Source: Acutalibacteraceae bacterium (GTDB lineage: Bacteria > Bacillota > Clostridia > Oscillospirales > Acutalibacteraceae). From it: DNA of 63,334 bases. Numbering within the stretch: position 1 is the first letter of the stretch; each line of letters starts with the position of its first letter. Positions 53,562 through 63,216 of this stretch are shown one piece after another. The translations under genes and the position numbers were made by a program. The DNA lies in the NCBI GenBank assembly GCA_045658745.1, contig JAZOVO010000094.1:1-63334 (forward strand). The letters run 5' to 3'. The notes below the pieces were generated by a model. That model saw only the letters and a list, made by a program, of their open reading frames with translations. It had not been told where the DNA came from and ran no database searches.

Positions 53562-53821
53562 AATTTTAACACCTTGATAAATTATTGTCAAATGAATAAT
53601 TCTTAAAATACGCCGTAAGGAGAAGGGGCTTTGCTTTGCGGCGGATTCTGAGCACCGTAAAAATCCACAACATCTTGTGCTTTTTATGCTTTTGCAAAAA
53701 TTCCTTTTGCCGTTACGGGAATAAAACGAGGTATTTTATTGTGCAAAGTCAACAAAATCTTTCACGAAAATACTTACACTTTAACCAAAAGGTAGAAGTG
53801 AATTTTTTTGATAAAAAAGGC

Positions 53822-53850
53822 TTGATTTTTCGGAAAAAGTGTTGTATTAT
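53822..53850 (+). promoter_or_regulatory. Candidate promoter of the MATE gene leader
   Basis: TTGATT (53822-53827), 17-nt spacer, TATTAT (53845-53850). Confidence 0.5.
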
Positions 53851-53958
53851 TACTTTGCAATCGAGAGAGGTTGCAACACAAAAGCGAAGCGCAATGCTTC
53901 GGACTTAATTAAGATTTCTCCACTATAATGTTTTCTTCATATTTTCTCCTTTTAAAAG

Positions 53959-53984
53959 CACTCGGTTTCTCCCCGGGTGTTTTT
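53959..53984 (+). terminator. Leader terminator/attenuator hairpin upstream of the MATE gene
   Basis: CACTCGG-TTTCTCCC-CCGGGTG followed by TTTTT, 57 nt before the CDS. Confidence 0.5.
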
Positions 53985-54040
53985 AATTTGTAGAAATAAA
54001 AATAAATTAGAAATAAACTCTTATACAGCCAAGAAAGGTT

Positions 54041-55408
54041 GTGAAATCCTTGAAAAAAGAACGCTCAATGCTCACGGGCAGCCCCATTAAAACAATAGTG
54101 CTTTTTGCTCTGCCTATTATGGCTTCCTCAATGCTTCAGTATAACTACTCCCTTGTGGATAACATCATCGTCGGCAGATACGTAAGCAACGAGGCTCTTG
54201 CCGCCGTCGGAAGCGTAGGCTCAATAAACTCCTTTATAATCGGTGCGGCGCTGGGACTTACAAGCGGCTTTTCGATTCCCGTAGCTCACGCCTACGGAGC
54301 GGGTGACGGAAAAAAGGCGGGGCGCTTTGCGGGTAACAGCATCAGCCTTGCCTTTATTATAGGAAGCATCATCGCCGTTATAGCTCACCTTCTGTCTGAT
54401 CCTCTTTTAAGGCTCATCGGTACACCCGAGGAGATTATTCACCTTTCCTCGGCGTACCTTAATATATTGTATTATGCAATTCCCTTTCAGATGCTTTCAA
54501 ATAACTTTACCGCAATTTCACGAAGCGTCGGCGAAAGCAAAAAGCCCCTTTACTTTTTCTCCTTTACCGTTGTGCTGAACTTTTTCCTGGACCTTCTGTT
54601 TGTAAAGGTTCTTCCCTGGGGCGTTGAGGGTGCGGCACTCGCAACTCTCATCTGCCATATCACGGCGGCGGCACTCAACGGCGGCTATGTACTGCTGAGG
54701 CTTAAGAGAATACACATTTCAAAAGGTGACCTTGTCCCGGACGGTAAAATTTCAAAAAGGCAGATTTTTCTCGGTATTCCCGTATCTCTGCAGTTTACGA
54801 TGACCTCGGTAGGCTCAATGTGTCTGCAGAGCGTTGTCAACTCCTTCGGTACAAGCGTTATCGCGGGCTTTACCGCCGCGGGCAGAGTCGAGGGTCTGAC
54901 GAATATCCCGATGTCGGGGCTCGGTGTTGCGACCCAGACCTTTGTAGGACAGAACTACGGCGCGGGAAATTACAGGCGCATACGTGAAAGCGTGAAAAAA
55001 ATCTTTATTCTTGACCTTGCCGTTTCCGTTGTGATGAGCATTACCCTTTATCTGATTGCAGAGCCCGTTGTAAAGCTCTTTATGGAGGAGTTCAACCCTG
55101 AAATTATGGCGGCGGCAAAAAGGTACATCCTTGCAATTGCACAGTGCTACAGCCTTGTTGCGGTGCTTTTTGTTATGCGCAACACCCTGCAGGGACTCGG
55201 CTTCACCCTTGCAAACTCCGTTGCGGGTGTGGGCGAATTTTTCGGAAGGCTCCTTGTTGCCTTTGTGCTGACTCCGTGGCTCGGCTTTGATGCGGTTTGC
55301 TATGCGGGACCTGCGGCGTGGCTTCTTGCGGATATTCCCTTAATCATTATATATATTTATAATGTAAAAAAGAAAATGTCGGAAAAGGAAAAAAGTTTAC
55401 CTCTTTAA
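54041..55408 (+). CDS. MATE-family efflux transporter
   Basis: 455 aa, about 12 TM segments, N-terminal IKTIVLFALPIMASSMLQ typical of MATE. Start codon uncertain (GTG 54041, TTG 54050 or ATG 54068). Confidence 0.85.
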   Translation: MKSLKKERSMLTGSPIKTIVLFALPIMASSMLQYNYSLVDNIIVGRYVSNEALAAVGSVGSINSFIIGAALGLTSGFSIPVAHAYGAGDGKKAGRFAGNSISLAFIIGSIIAVIAHLLSDPLLRLIGTPEEIIHLSSAYLNILYYAIPFQMLSNNFTAISRSVGESKKPLYFFSFTVVLNFFLDLLFVKVLPWGVEGAALATLICHITAAALNGGYVLLRLKRIHISKGDLVPDGKISKRQIFLGIPVSLQFTMTSVGSMCLQSVVNSFGTSVIAGFTAAGRVEGLTNIPMSGLGVATQTFVGQNYGAGNYRRIRESVKKIFILDLAVSVVMSITLYLIAEPVVKLFMEEFNPEIMAAAKRYILAIAQCYSLVAVLFVMRNTLQGLGFTLANSVAGVGEFFGRLLVAFVLTPWLGFDAVCYAGPAAWLLADIPLIIIYIYNVKKKMSEKEKSLPL

Positions 55409-55485
55409 TATATTGACAATCTGTTCATTTTATATTAAAATATTCAGTAGTAGGAACAGTAAAAATCAAAAAGGAGGATATAACA

Positions 55486-55614
55486 ATGGATAATGCATTT
55501 TTCGACTTTTTTCAGAAATACTATGACGATATCGTAGCTTTTGTAAGAGCAATGATTGACTTTGTAAAGGCATTCACAGCAAAGCTCGGCGGCGACGCTG
55601 AAGCAGCAGAATAA
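55486..55614 (+). CDS. Small amphipathic peptide (42 aa)
   Basis: MDNAFFDFFQKYYDDIVAFVRAMIDFVKAFTAKLGGDAEAAE. RBS AAAGGAGG upstream, with its own terminator. Not in the ORF track. Confidence 0.5.
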   Translation: MDNAFFDFFQKYYDDIVAFVRAMIDFVKAFTAKLGGDAEAAE

Positions 55615-55636
55615 ATAATTGAATAAAAAAAGAAAA

Positions 55637-55664
55637 GCCTTCCGTGAAAGCGGAAGGCCTTTTT
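55637..55664 (+). terminator. Intrinsic terminator
   Basis: GCCTTCCG-TGAAAG-CGGAAGGC followed by CTTTTT. Confidence 0.75.
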
Positions 55665-55735
55665 ATATCTGAGAAAAGACAAGGGGACAAAAGCGTTAAA
55701 ATTTTACTTGAAGACATAGAACCATGCTCTGTCTT

Positions 55736-56243
55736 CAACCCACGTCCGTCTGTAGAACCTTGGAGAACGGGCGAATACCCCTCCGTCAAAATCGGAGATT
55801 TTGACACCTCCCCTTTCAGGGGAGGAAACCGTACAACCTCGGAGGACGGATGAAGCTGAAACAGCCCGCGGAGCGGATTGCGAATGTCGGGTACGCGGCA
55901 GTTAAAAGGCTGGCGGAAAATTAGACGATTGCGGATTTTAATAAACTCGTCGGACGTAGCGGACTCGTTTGTAGAATTGATTCTTAAATAGAGTTGTACG
56001 TGAGCTTTACCCTCGCATAGAGCAGTAGTAATGTGAATTTTTCCGTCAGTATTACGTGTGATTATTACGGCGGTACGATGAGATGAGAAGTCTTGTATTT
56101 ACGACCACGGCAGCTACGGAAAAATCCCCCGCCACTGCGGACCCCCGCGTAGAACTTAAGAGCGTTTTGGTTACTTTGCCGCTCCGGGCAAAGTAACAGC
56201 CCTGCCGGCTTGAGGCGGTAGAACCAAAAAGTCGTAACCACGG
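55736..56243. repeat. ~430-nt conserved non-coding core, copy 4 (with nested 79-nt module)
   Basis: 429 nt once 55771-55849 is removed. Own 67-nt variable arm (56050-56116). Confidence 0.85.
55771..55849. mobile_element. 79-nt multi-hairpin module inserted into core copy 4
   Basis: Near-identical to 31644-31722. The flanks GTAGAACCTTGGAGAACGG and GTACAACCTCGGAGGACGG look like a duplicated junction. Confidence 0.7.
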
Positions 56244-56300
56244 AGTATATAAAAAATAAATGTAAAAAACACCGCCTTTTTCAAGACGGTGTAAATTATT

Positions 56301-56349
56301 TCGCTCGCCGCGGGGCGTTCTTTCTTGTAAGAAAGAACCAAAGAACTTT
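56301..56349 (-). repeat. SPE-A copy
   Basis: Ends 21 nt from the gdhA stop, sense to gdhA. Confidence 0.85.
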
Positions 56350-56370
56350 ATTTTTTGTTCTTACCCTGAA

Positions 56371-57714
<1,344 letters not shown>

Positions 57715-58132
57715 TAGGTATCATTCCTTTTCGGTTTAGAGTCAAAAACAGTATATAATATAACTGATTTCTTGTTTATGGTGTAATATTTTATACCTCA
57801 CTGTAGTAAATTGCAAGAAAAAACCGACAATTTTTGATATTTCGTGAAATTTGTTAAAAAGTTGGGTTTTCAAGGGGAATTATTCATAAAATCTGCAATA
57901 AAACACAGGAGGCTCACGGGTACTCTTACTGCTATTTTATGAGCGTAATTTGGTGAATATTACCAAAAATACGGTGAATTTCCGCTCACCTTTCACGGCT
58001 TTGTAAAAGGTTGTTACAAGAAAGCAGGTTTTGTATCAATTTAATGGAATGTGTATAAACTTAATAAATATGCAAGAATTCTGCATAATTGCGCCTGCAG
58101 ATTTTTCTTGGATAAAAAAAGGACGAAAACAC

Positions 58133-58161
58133 TTGATTTTCTCTTATATTTATATTATAAT
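58133..58161 (+). promoter_or_regulatory. sigma-A promoter of SRP RNA
   Basis: TTGATT (58133-58138), 17-nt spacer, TATAAT (58156-58161). Confidence 0.75.
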
Positions 58162-58167
58162 ACTACG

Positions 58168-58330
58168 AGTTAAGAGTAAGATACATTGTTTTGGTCATGC
58201 AGTGCGGGTCCTGTGCGACAGAACACCCCGAACCATGTCAGGCGGGAGACCGAGCAGCATTAAGGGGAATGTCTGTGCGACACAGCTACGCCTGCACTGT
58301 ATGACCGAGAAAAGGTGTCTTACTCTTTTT
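58168..58330 (+). ncRNA. ffs: Signal recognition particle RNA (small, 4.5S-like/short form)
   Basis: GAACCATGTCAGG...AGCAGCATTAAG matches the conserved domain-IV core as I remember it from Bacillus scRNA. Closing helices GGTCATGCAGTGC/GCACTGTATGACC and GAGTAAGA/TCTTACTC, then TTTTT. Directly upstream of dnaX, as in B. subtilis. Ends are approximate. Confidence 0.8.
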
Positions 58331-58551
58331 AAATGCAGAATTCAAAATGCAAAATGTAAAATTGCGGTCGCGGGCAAAGCTTGTGGCTGAAAATTACTGT
58401 GAGCTGCCGCACAGCAGCTTATGCATAACGGAAAGCTCCGTTAATTATAAAAATCCTCCCGTGGGAGGTGGCAGACCGAAGGTCTGGCGGAGGGCGCTAT
58501 AATGCGTCGCAGACCATTAATTTTGCACTTTGCATTTTGCATTTTGCATTT
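58331..58551 (-). mobile_element. (AAATGC)n-TIR MITE-like element, copy 4
   Basis: TIRs at 58331-58362 and 58520-58551. Subterminal GGTCGCGGG as in copy 3. Inserted between ffs and dnaX. Confidence 0.8.
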
Positions 58552-58593
58552 TCAAGCCATACGCATACTTAAAACAACAAAGGTGGGATAAAA

Positions 58594-60408
58594 TTGTACC
58601 AGGTACTCTACAGAAAATACAGACCCCGCGTCTTCAGCGACGTTGTCGGTCAGGAGCACATCACCTCGACGCTTTCAAAGGAAATCGAGTCGGGGAAGGT
58701 TTCCCACGCCTATCTTTTCACAGGCTCAAGAGGTACGGGTAAAACCACCTGTGCAAAAATTCTTTCAAAGGCGGTCAACTGCCTTCACCCCGTTGACGGT
58801 AACCCCTGTAACGAGTGTGAAATCTGTAAGGGTATCGACGACGGTACAATCGTAGACGTTGCCGAAATCGACGCCGCAAGCAACAACGGCGTTGAAAATA
58901 TCCGTGATATCCGTGAGGAGATAAACTTCACCCCCGCATCCTGCAAGTACCGTGTTTATATCATCGACGAGGTGCATATGCTTTCAATAGGCGCCTTCAA
59001 CGCGCTTCTGAAAACCCTTGAGGAGCCTCCCGCTCACGTCAAGTTCATTCTTGCAACCACCGAGGTGCATAAGCTTCCCGTTACCATAGTTTCACGCTGT
59101 CAGCGCTTTGACTTCAGACGCGTTACCCCCGAGGCTATGATTTCCCGTATGAGTGACATTGCGGATATGGAGGGCTTTACCGCCGATACAGAGGCGCTTA
59201 CCCTTATTTCCCGCATCTCCGACGGCGGTATGCGTGACGCTCTCTCACTTTTAGACCAGTGCACGGGTCACGGTAAGCACATCACTCCCGAGATTGTCTG
59301 CGCCGTGGCAGGTATGGCGGGCAAGGATCACCTTTTCAGCCTTGCAAATGCCGTAAGTGAAAACAATTCTGCCGAGGCACTTCGTATAATCAGCGACTTG
59401 CACGGCAATTCTGTTGATATGGAAAGGCTCTGTACCGATATGGTCAACCATTTCCGCAACCTTATGATTGTAAAAACCGTCAGAAATCCTGAGGGGCTTG
59501 TGGTCTGTACCGACAGCGAAATGGCGGAATACAAAAATCAGAGCAGCCGTTTCACCCTTGAGGGTATACTCAAGTGCATTGCCCTTCTGCAGGATACCGC
59601 GGCGGCAATCAAAAAGGGCGTAAACCGCCGTATCGAAATGGAAATGACCTTCATCCGCCTTGCTTCACCTAAGCTCGACACGGATAACGAGGCAGTTTTA
59701 AAGCGTATTGCCGACCTTGAATTTAAGCTCGCAAGCGGTGAAATTGCCGTCAGTGCTCCGCAAACCAAAAAAGTGGAGTCTGACTTTATTTCACAGTATG
59801 TTGCACCCGCACCCGAGCAGCCGACCGTTCCCGAGGCTGTCGCAAAGCCCGTGGCTGATGTAAAGCCCGAGGTTAAAGCTGAAGAGGTGAAAAGGGAAGC
59901 TCCTGCCGCACCGCAGGTTACAAATGTTTTTGATACATTCACAAACGCAAACGAACCTACCGTTGAGGAAAAGCAGGAAAATCCCTTCCTTCAGGAAGCA
60001 CCTGCCGAGCCCGAATATACATCGCAGCCCTATTATGCAGACGCCCCCGCAAATGAGGATACTGCTCCCGCCGAGGAAAGCCTTCCCTGGGCGGAGGTGC
60101 TCGCAGAGCTGATGAAAACCAATATGCCCTTGTGGGGCGTGCTTCACGACTCCGAGGCTCATATAAGCGGTGACTTTGTGCTCATTAAGAGTAACAATCC
60201 CACCCTCAACGCTTTTATCAGAGGCGCGGGTAATTCAAGAGATGTCAAGCAGGCTATTTTCCGCGTTACGGGTAAAAAGTACCGTCTCGGACTCAACTCG
60301 CCCAAGGGTGAGGGGACATCTTCTGCAACACAGCAGAGACGAGACCCTCTCGAGGACCTTATCAGTCAGGCAAGGACGATGGACATAAATGTTGACATCA
60401 AGCCCTGA
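58594..60408 (+). CDS. dnaX: DNA polymerase III subunit tau/gamma
   Basis: 604 aa, TTG start with RBS AAAGGTGGG. Walker A GSRGTGKTT, zinc module CNECEIC, Ala/Pro/Glu-rich linker. Confidence 0.95.
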   Translation: MYQVLYRKYRPRVFSDVVGQEHITSTLSKEIESGKVSHAYLFTGSRGTGKTTCAKILSKAVNCLHPVDGNPCNECEICKGIDDGTIVDVAEIDAASNNGVENIRDIREEINFTPASCKYRVYIIDEVHMLSIGAFNALLKTLEEPPAHVKFILATTEVHKLPVTIVSRCQRFDFRRVTPEAMISRMSDIADMEGFTADTEALTLISRISDGGMRDALSLLDQCTGHGKHITPEIVCAVAGMAGKDHLFSLANAVSENNSAEALRIISDLHGNSVDMERLCTDMVNHFRNLMIVKTVRNPEGLVVCTDSEMAEYKNQSSRFTLEGILKCIALLQDTAAAIKKGVNRRIEMEMTFIRLASPKLDTDNEAVLKRIADLEFKLASGEIAVSAPQTKKVESDFISQYVAPAPEQPTVPEAVAKPVADVKPEVKAEEVKREAPAAPQVTNVFDTFTNANEPTVEEKQENPFLQEAPAEPEYTSQPYYADAPANEDTAPAEESLPWAEVLAELMKTNMPLWGVLHDSEAHISGDFVLIKSNNPTLNAFIRGAGNSRDVKQAIFRVTGKKYRLGLNSPKGEGTSSATQQRRDPLEDLISQARTMDINVDIKP

Positions 60409-60424
60409 GGTAGGGTATAATTTG

Positions 60425-60459
60425 AGTAGTCAGTAGTCAGTAGTCAGTAGTCAGTAGTC
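60425..60459 (+). repeat. (AGTAGTC)5 heptamer array
   Basis: Five perfect tandem heptamers starting 17 nt after the dnaX stop. Confidence 0.9.
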
Positions 60460-60462
60460 AGG

Positions 60463-60561
60463 ACCCCTCAGTCAGACCTGCGGTCTGACAGCTCCCTTTT
60501 CAGGGAAGCAAATAATTCTCTCCCCTGAAAGGGGAGGGGGACCGCGAAGCGGTGGAGGGGT
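60463..60561. repeat. Multi-hairpin module
   Basis: Outer stem ACCCCTC/GAGGGGT encloses four hairpins: AGTCAGACC-TGC-GGTCTGAC, CTCCC-TTTTC-AGGGA, CTCCCC-TGAAA-GGGGAG and ACCGC-GAA-GCGGT. Confidence 0.75.
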
Positions 60562-60591
60562 ATACAAATAAAACCAAAGGAGATAAAAACA

Positions 60592-60933
60592 ATGAAAGCA
60601 AGAATTCCCGGCGGCCAGGGTGGCGGCCAGATGAACATGATGAAAAAAATTCAGGAAATGCAGGCTCAGATGGAGCAGAAGCAGGCTGAAATTGAAGCAA
60701 GCGAATTTGTTGCATCAGCAGGCGGCGGAGCAGTTGAGGTAACTGTTTCAGGCGCTCACGAGGTTAAGGACATCAAGCTTCAGCCCGATGTTGTTGACCC
60801 CGAGGATATTGAGATGCTCACAGACCTTCTCATTGCCGCAACAAACGAGGCTATGCGTAAGGCAGACGATGCAATGAATCAGGCTATGCAGTCAGCACAG
60901 AGCGGACTTGCAGGTCTTAACCTTCCCTTCTGA
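60592..60933 (+). CDS. ybaB: Nucleoid-associated protein YbaB/EbfC
   Basis: 113 aa, in the conserved position between dnaX and recR. Typical [15 protein letters not shown]-terminus. Confidence 0.9.
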   Translation: MKARIPGGQGGGQMNMMKKIQEMQAQMEQKQAEIEASEFVASAGGGAVEVTVSGAHEVKDIKLQPDVVDPEDIEMLTDLLIAATNEAMRKADDAMNQAMQSAQSGLAGLNLPF

Positions 60934-61535
60934 TGGCAGGCTACGGAGTAAATTCCCTTTCACGGCTTATTGAGCAGTTTGAGCGTATGCCGGGAATAGG
61001 TCATAAAAGCGCACAAAGGCTTGCCTTTCACGTGCTTAACTTAAAAAAAGAAGAGGCCGAGGCTTTCGCAAAGGCTATCCTTGACTCCCACGAGAAGATA
61101 AAAAAGTGCAGCTGCTGCTGTAACCTCTGCGAGGATGAGCTTTGCCATATCTGTAAAAGTCCGTCAAGGGATCAGAGCGTTATCTGCGTTGTTGAGGACC
61201 CGAGGGATGTTATGGCCTTTGAGCGTACCCGTGAATTTGACGGTACTTATCACGTGCTTCACGGCGTGATTTCACCGATGAACGGTGTCGGTCCCGAGGA
61301 CATCACCGTCAAGGAGCTTTTGAGGCGTATGGGTGACGGCACGGTGAAAGAGGTTATTATGGCAACCAACCCCACCGTTGAGGGTGAGGCAACTGCGATG
61401 TACATTTCAAGGCTTCTCAAGCCGATGGGTGTTTCCGTCAGCCGCCTTGCCTACGGTGTACCTGTCGGCTCTGATCTTGAGTATGCTGATGAGGTTACGC
61501 TGACGAGAGCGCTTGAGGGAAGAAGAAGTCTGTAA
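60933..61535 (+). CDS. recR: Recombination protein RecR
   Basis: 200 aa. HhH N-terminus, Cys4 zinc finger, Toprim domain. Confidence 0.95.
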   Translation: MAGYGVNSLSRLIEQFERMPGIGHKSAQRLAFHVLNLKKEEAEAFAKAILDSHEKIKKCSCCCNLCEDELCHICKSPSRDQSVICVVEDPRDVMAFERTREFDGTYHVLHGVISPMNGVGPEDITVKELLRRMGDGTVKEVIMATNPTVEGEATAMYISRLLKPMGVSVSRLAYGVPVGSDLEYADEVTLTRALEGRRSL

Positions 61536-61547
61536 ACGGAAAAACGG

Positions 61548-61601
61548 AAAGTTCTTTTGATTACTTTTCTTACAAGAAAAGTAACGCCCTGCGGCGAGCG
61601 A
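61548..61601 (+). repeat. SPE-A copy
   Basis: Starts 13 nt after the recR stop, sense orientation. Confidence 0.85.
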
Positions 61602-61637
61602 AGAACAGTTACGTAGAGTCTTAATGAGGTGGAAATA

Positions 61638-62048
61638 ATGAAAAAAGCCTTTATCATTATTCTTTCAGTTTTTCTGCTTGTTACCGTCGGTCTGTATGTC
61701 ACTGACCACGTTCTTCGTAATGACCCGATAACCTGCCCCGATGAAACCAAGGTTGTTTCAATTACGGTTGCCGAGGGCGAGGGTGAAACGAAGCAGGTTC
61801 CCGAGGATGATTTTCTCCCTATTCTTACCTGTATAAGAAATGCCGTGCCGACAATAAAGGACAGCGTTAACGACAGACCCTATGAGAAGGAGTATTACAC
61901 CCTGACTGTCAGCACCGAGTGGGAGCAGTACCGATATTATGTATATCAGAGGGGCTCACAGTATTATATTGAAAAGCCCTATGAGGGCATATATAAGGCT
62001 CACGAGGTTATAGGCGTGAATTTATTAAGGCAGTTCGGGGCAGAGTAA
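61638..62048 (+). CDS. Hypothetical membrane-anchored/secreted protein
   Basis: 136 aa from ATG 61638 (RBS GAGGTGG). N-terminal hydrophobic segment. I recognise no motifs. Confidence 0.6.
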   Translation: MKKAFIIILSVFLLVTVGLYVTDHVLRNDPITCPDETKVVSITVAEGEGETKQVPEDDFLPILTCIRNAVPTIKDSVNDRPYEKEYYTLTVSTEWEQYRYYVYQRGSQYYIEKPYEGIYKAHEVIGVNLLRQFGAE

Positions 62049-62078
62049 TTTTACATTTAAGAAAGGTGGTGCTTTGCT

Positions 62079-62546
62079 GTGGCAGTACAGCAGGACGAAA
62101 AACAAATCGTAGCGCAGAACAAAAAAGCAAGGCACGACTATTTTGTGCTTGAAACCTACGAGGCAGGCATTGAGCTTTTCGGCACGGAGGTCAAATCCAT
62201 CCGTAAGGGCAGGCTCAATTTAAAGGATGCCTGGTGCAGTATTGACGACGGAGAAATCTTCGTCAAGGGTATGCATATCAGCCCCTACGAGCAGGGCAAC
62301 ATTTTTAACCGTGACCCGATGAGAGTAAGACGACTTCTTATGCATAAGCGTGAAATCAACCGCCTTTTAGGCGTCACAAAGCAGCAGGGACTTACTCTTA
62401 TTCCCTTGAGTGTATATTTCCTCAAGGGCAGGGCAAAGCTTGAGGTAGGCCTGTGCAAGGGTAAAAAGCTTTACGACAAGCGCGAGGTTGCGGCGGAGAA
62501 GGACGCAAAGCGCAATATGGAGCGCAATTTCAAGGAAAGATATTAA
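62079..62546 (+). CDS. smpB: SsrA-binding protein SmpB
   Basis: 155 aa, GTG start. NKKARHDY and GTEVKS motifs. Followed by tmRNA. Confidence 0.95.
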   Translation: MAVQQDEKQIVAQNKKARHDYFVLETYEAGIELFGTEVKSIRKGRLNLKDAWCSIDDGEIFVKGMHISPYEQGNIFNRDPMRVRRLLMHKREINRLLGVTKQQGLTLIPLSVYFLKGRAKLEVGLCKGKKLYDKREVAAEKDAKRNMERNFKERY

Positions 62547-62560
62547 GCATAATTTACCTG

Positions 62561-62588
62561 TTGATTTTTTAAAAAAACGGGATATAAT
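62561..62588 (+). promoter_or_regulatory. Candidate promoter of ssrA precursor
   Basis: TTGATT (62561-62566), 16-nt spacer, TATAAT (62583-62588). It would give a ~135-nt leader before the mature 5' end. Confidence 0.5.
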
Positions 62589-62595
62589 TATAACT

Positions 62596-62723
62596 GTCAC
62601 GAAGTGACTCTTAATGTTTGCCGACGGCAAACACATCATTTTTGCGAAAGCAAAAGCATCATACACCGAAGGTGTACATCATATCTGCCAAGCAGATACA
62701 TCATTGCAATGCGAAAGCATTGC
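62596..62723 (+). repeat. Array of 6 variable hairpins, the last five separated by constant (A/G)CATCAT, in the tmRNA leader
   Basis: GTCAC-GAA-GTGAC | GTTTGCC-GAC-GGCAAAC | TTTTGC-GAAA-GCAAAA | ACACC-GAA-GGTGT | ATCTGC-CAA-GCAGAT | GCAATGC-GAAA-GCATTGC. Ends 7 nt before tmRNA nt 1. Confidence 0.8.
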
Positions 62724-62729
62724 CTATAT

Positions 62730-63076
62730 GGGGATGAAAGGATTTCGACGGGGATCCTGAATCACGATAAGCGGGTAGTGGAGTGGCACCACTATAAAAG
62801 TCACACGTTTTAAAAATAAACGACAATACTACAGTTTTAAAGGCTGCTTAAAGCGGCCCGTCTTGGTTAAGAGTACTGCGGCTTAACTAAAGGCGTCGAT
62901 CAGCAGTGAACGTGAACGGCAGAGCGCCTTGTATGCCGTCATGCATCAAAGGCTACCAAGCCCTTAAGCCTGTCATTCGGCGTGAGGGTGAGGGAATGTT
63001 AAAAGACTGACTGCACCCGGAGAAGGTTGTGCGGATGGGTTTTCGGACGCGGTTTCGATTACCGCCATCTCCACCA
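62730..63076 (+). ncRNA. ssrA: tmRNA
   Basis: 5' end GGGGATGAAAGGATTTCGACGGGG and 3' end GGACGCGGTTTCGATTACCGCCATCTCCACCA. Tag reading frame ...GAC AAT ACT ACA GTT TTA AAG GCT GCT TAA (..DNTTVLKAA*). Confidence 0.95.
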
Positions 63077-63087
63077 TTTAAAGATAG

Positions 63088-63133
63088 CCCGAAGCTTTAC
63101 TTGTTCAGTAAAAGCTCGGGTTATTGTTTTTTT
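63088..63133 (+). terminator. Intrinsic terminator after ssrA
   Basis: CCCGAAGCTTTAC...GTAAAAGCTCGGG (imperfect stem) followed by TTATTGTTTTTTT. Confidence 0.6.
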
Positions 63134-63216
63134 CGGGGCGGTACGAAGACAGGGGACGGTTCTCTGTCTTGACAACAACGTGAAAAAGTGATGTAATCAG
63201 CTTGAGGTGGTAATAA

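Noticed and set aside
58031-58390. 119-aa ORF overlapping the SRP RNA gene.
   Set aside because: The region contains the conserved SRP RNA domain-IV sequence with its own promoter and terminator. The ORF has no RBS and runs into the MITE TIR.
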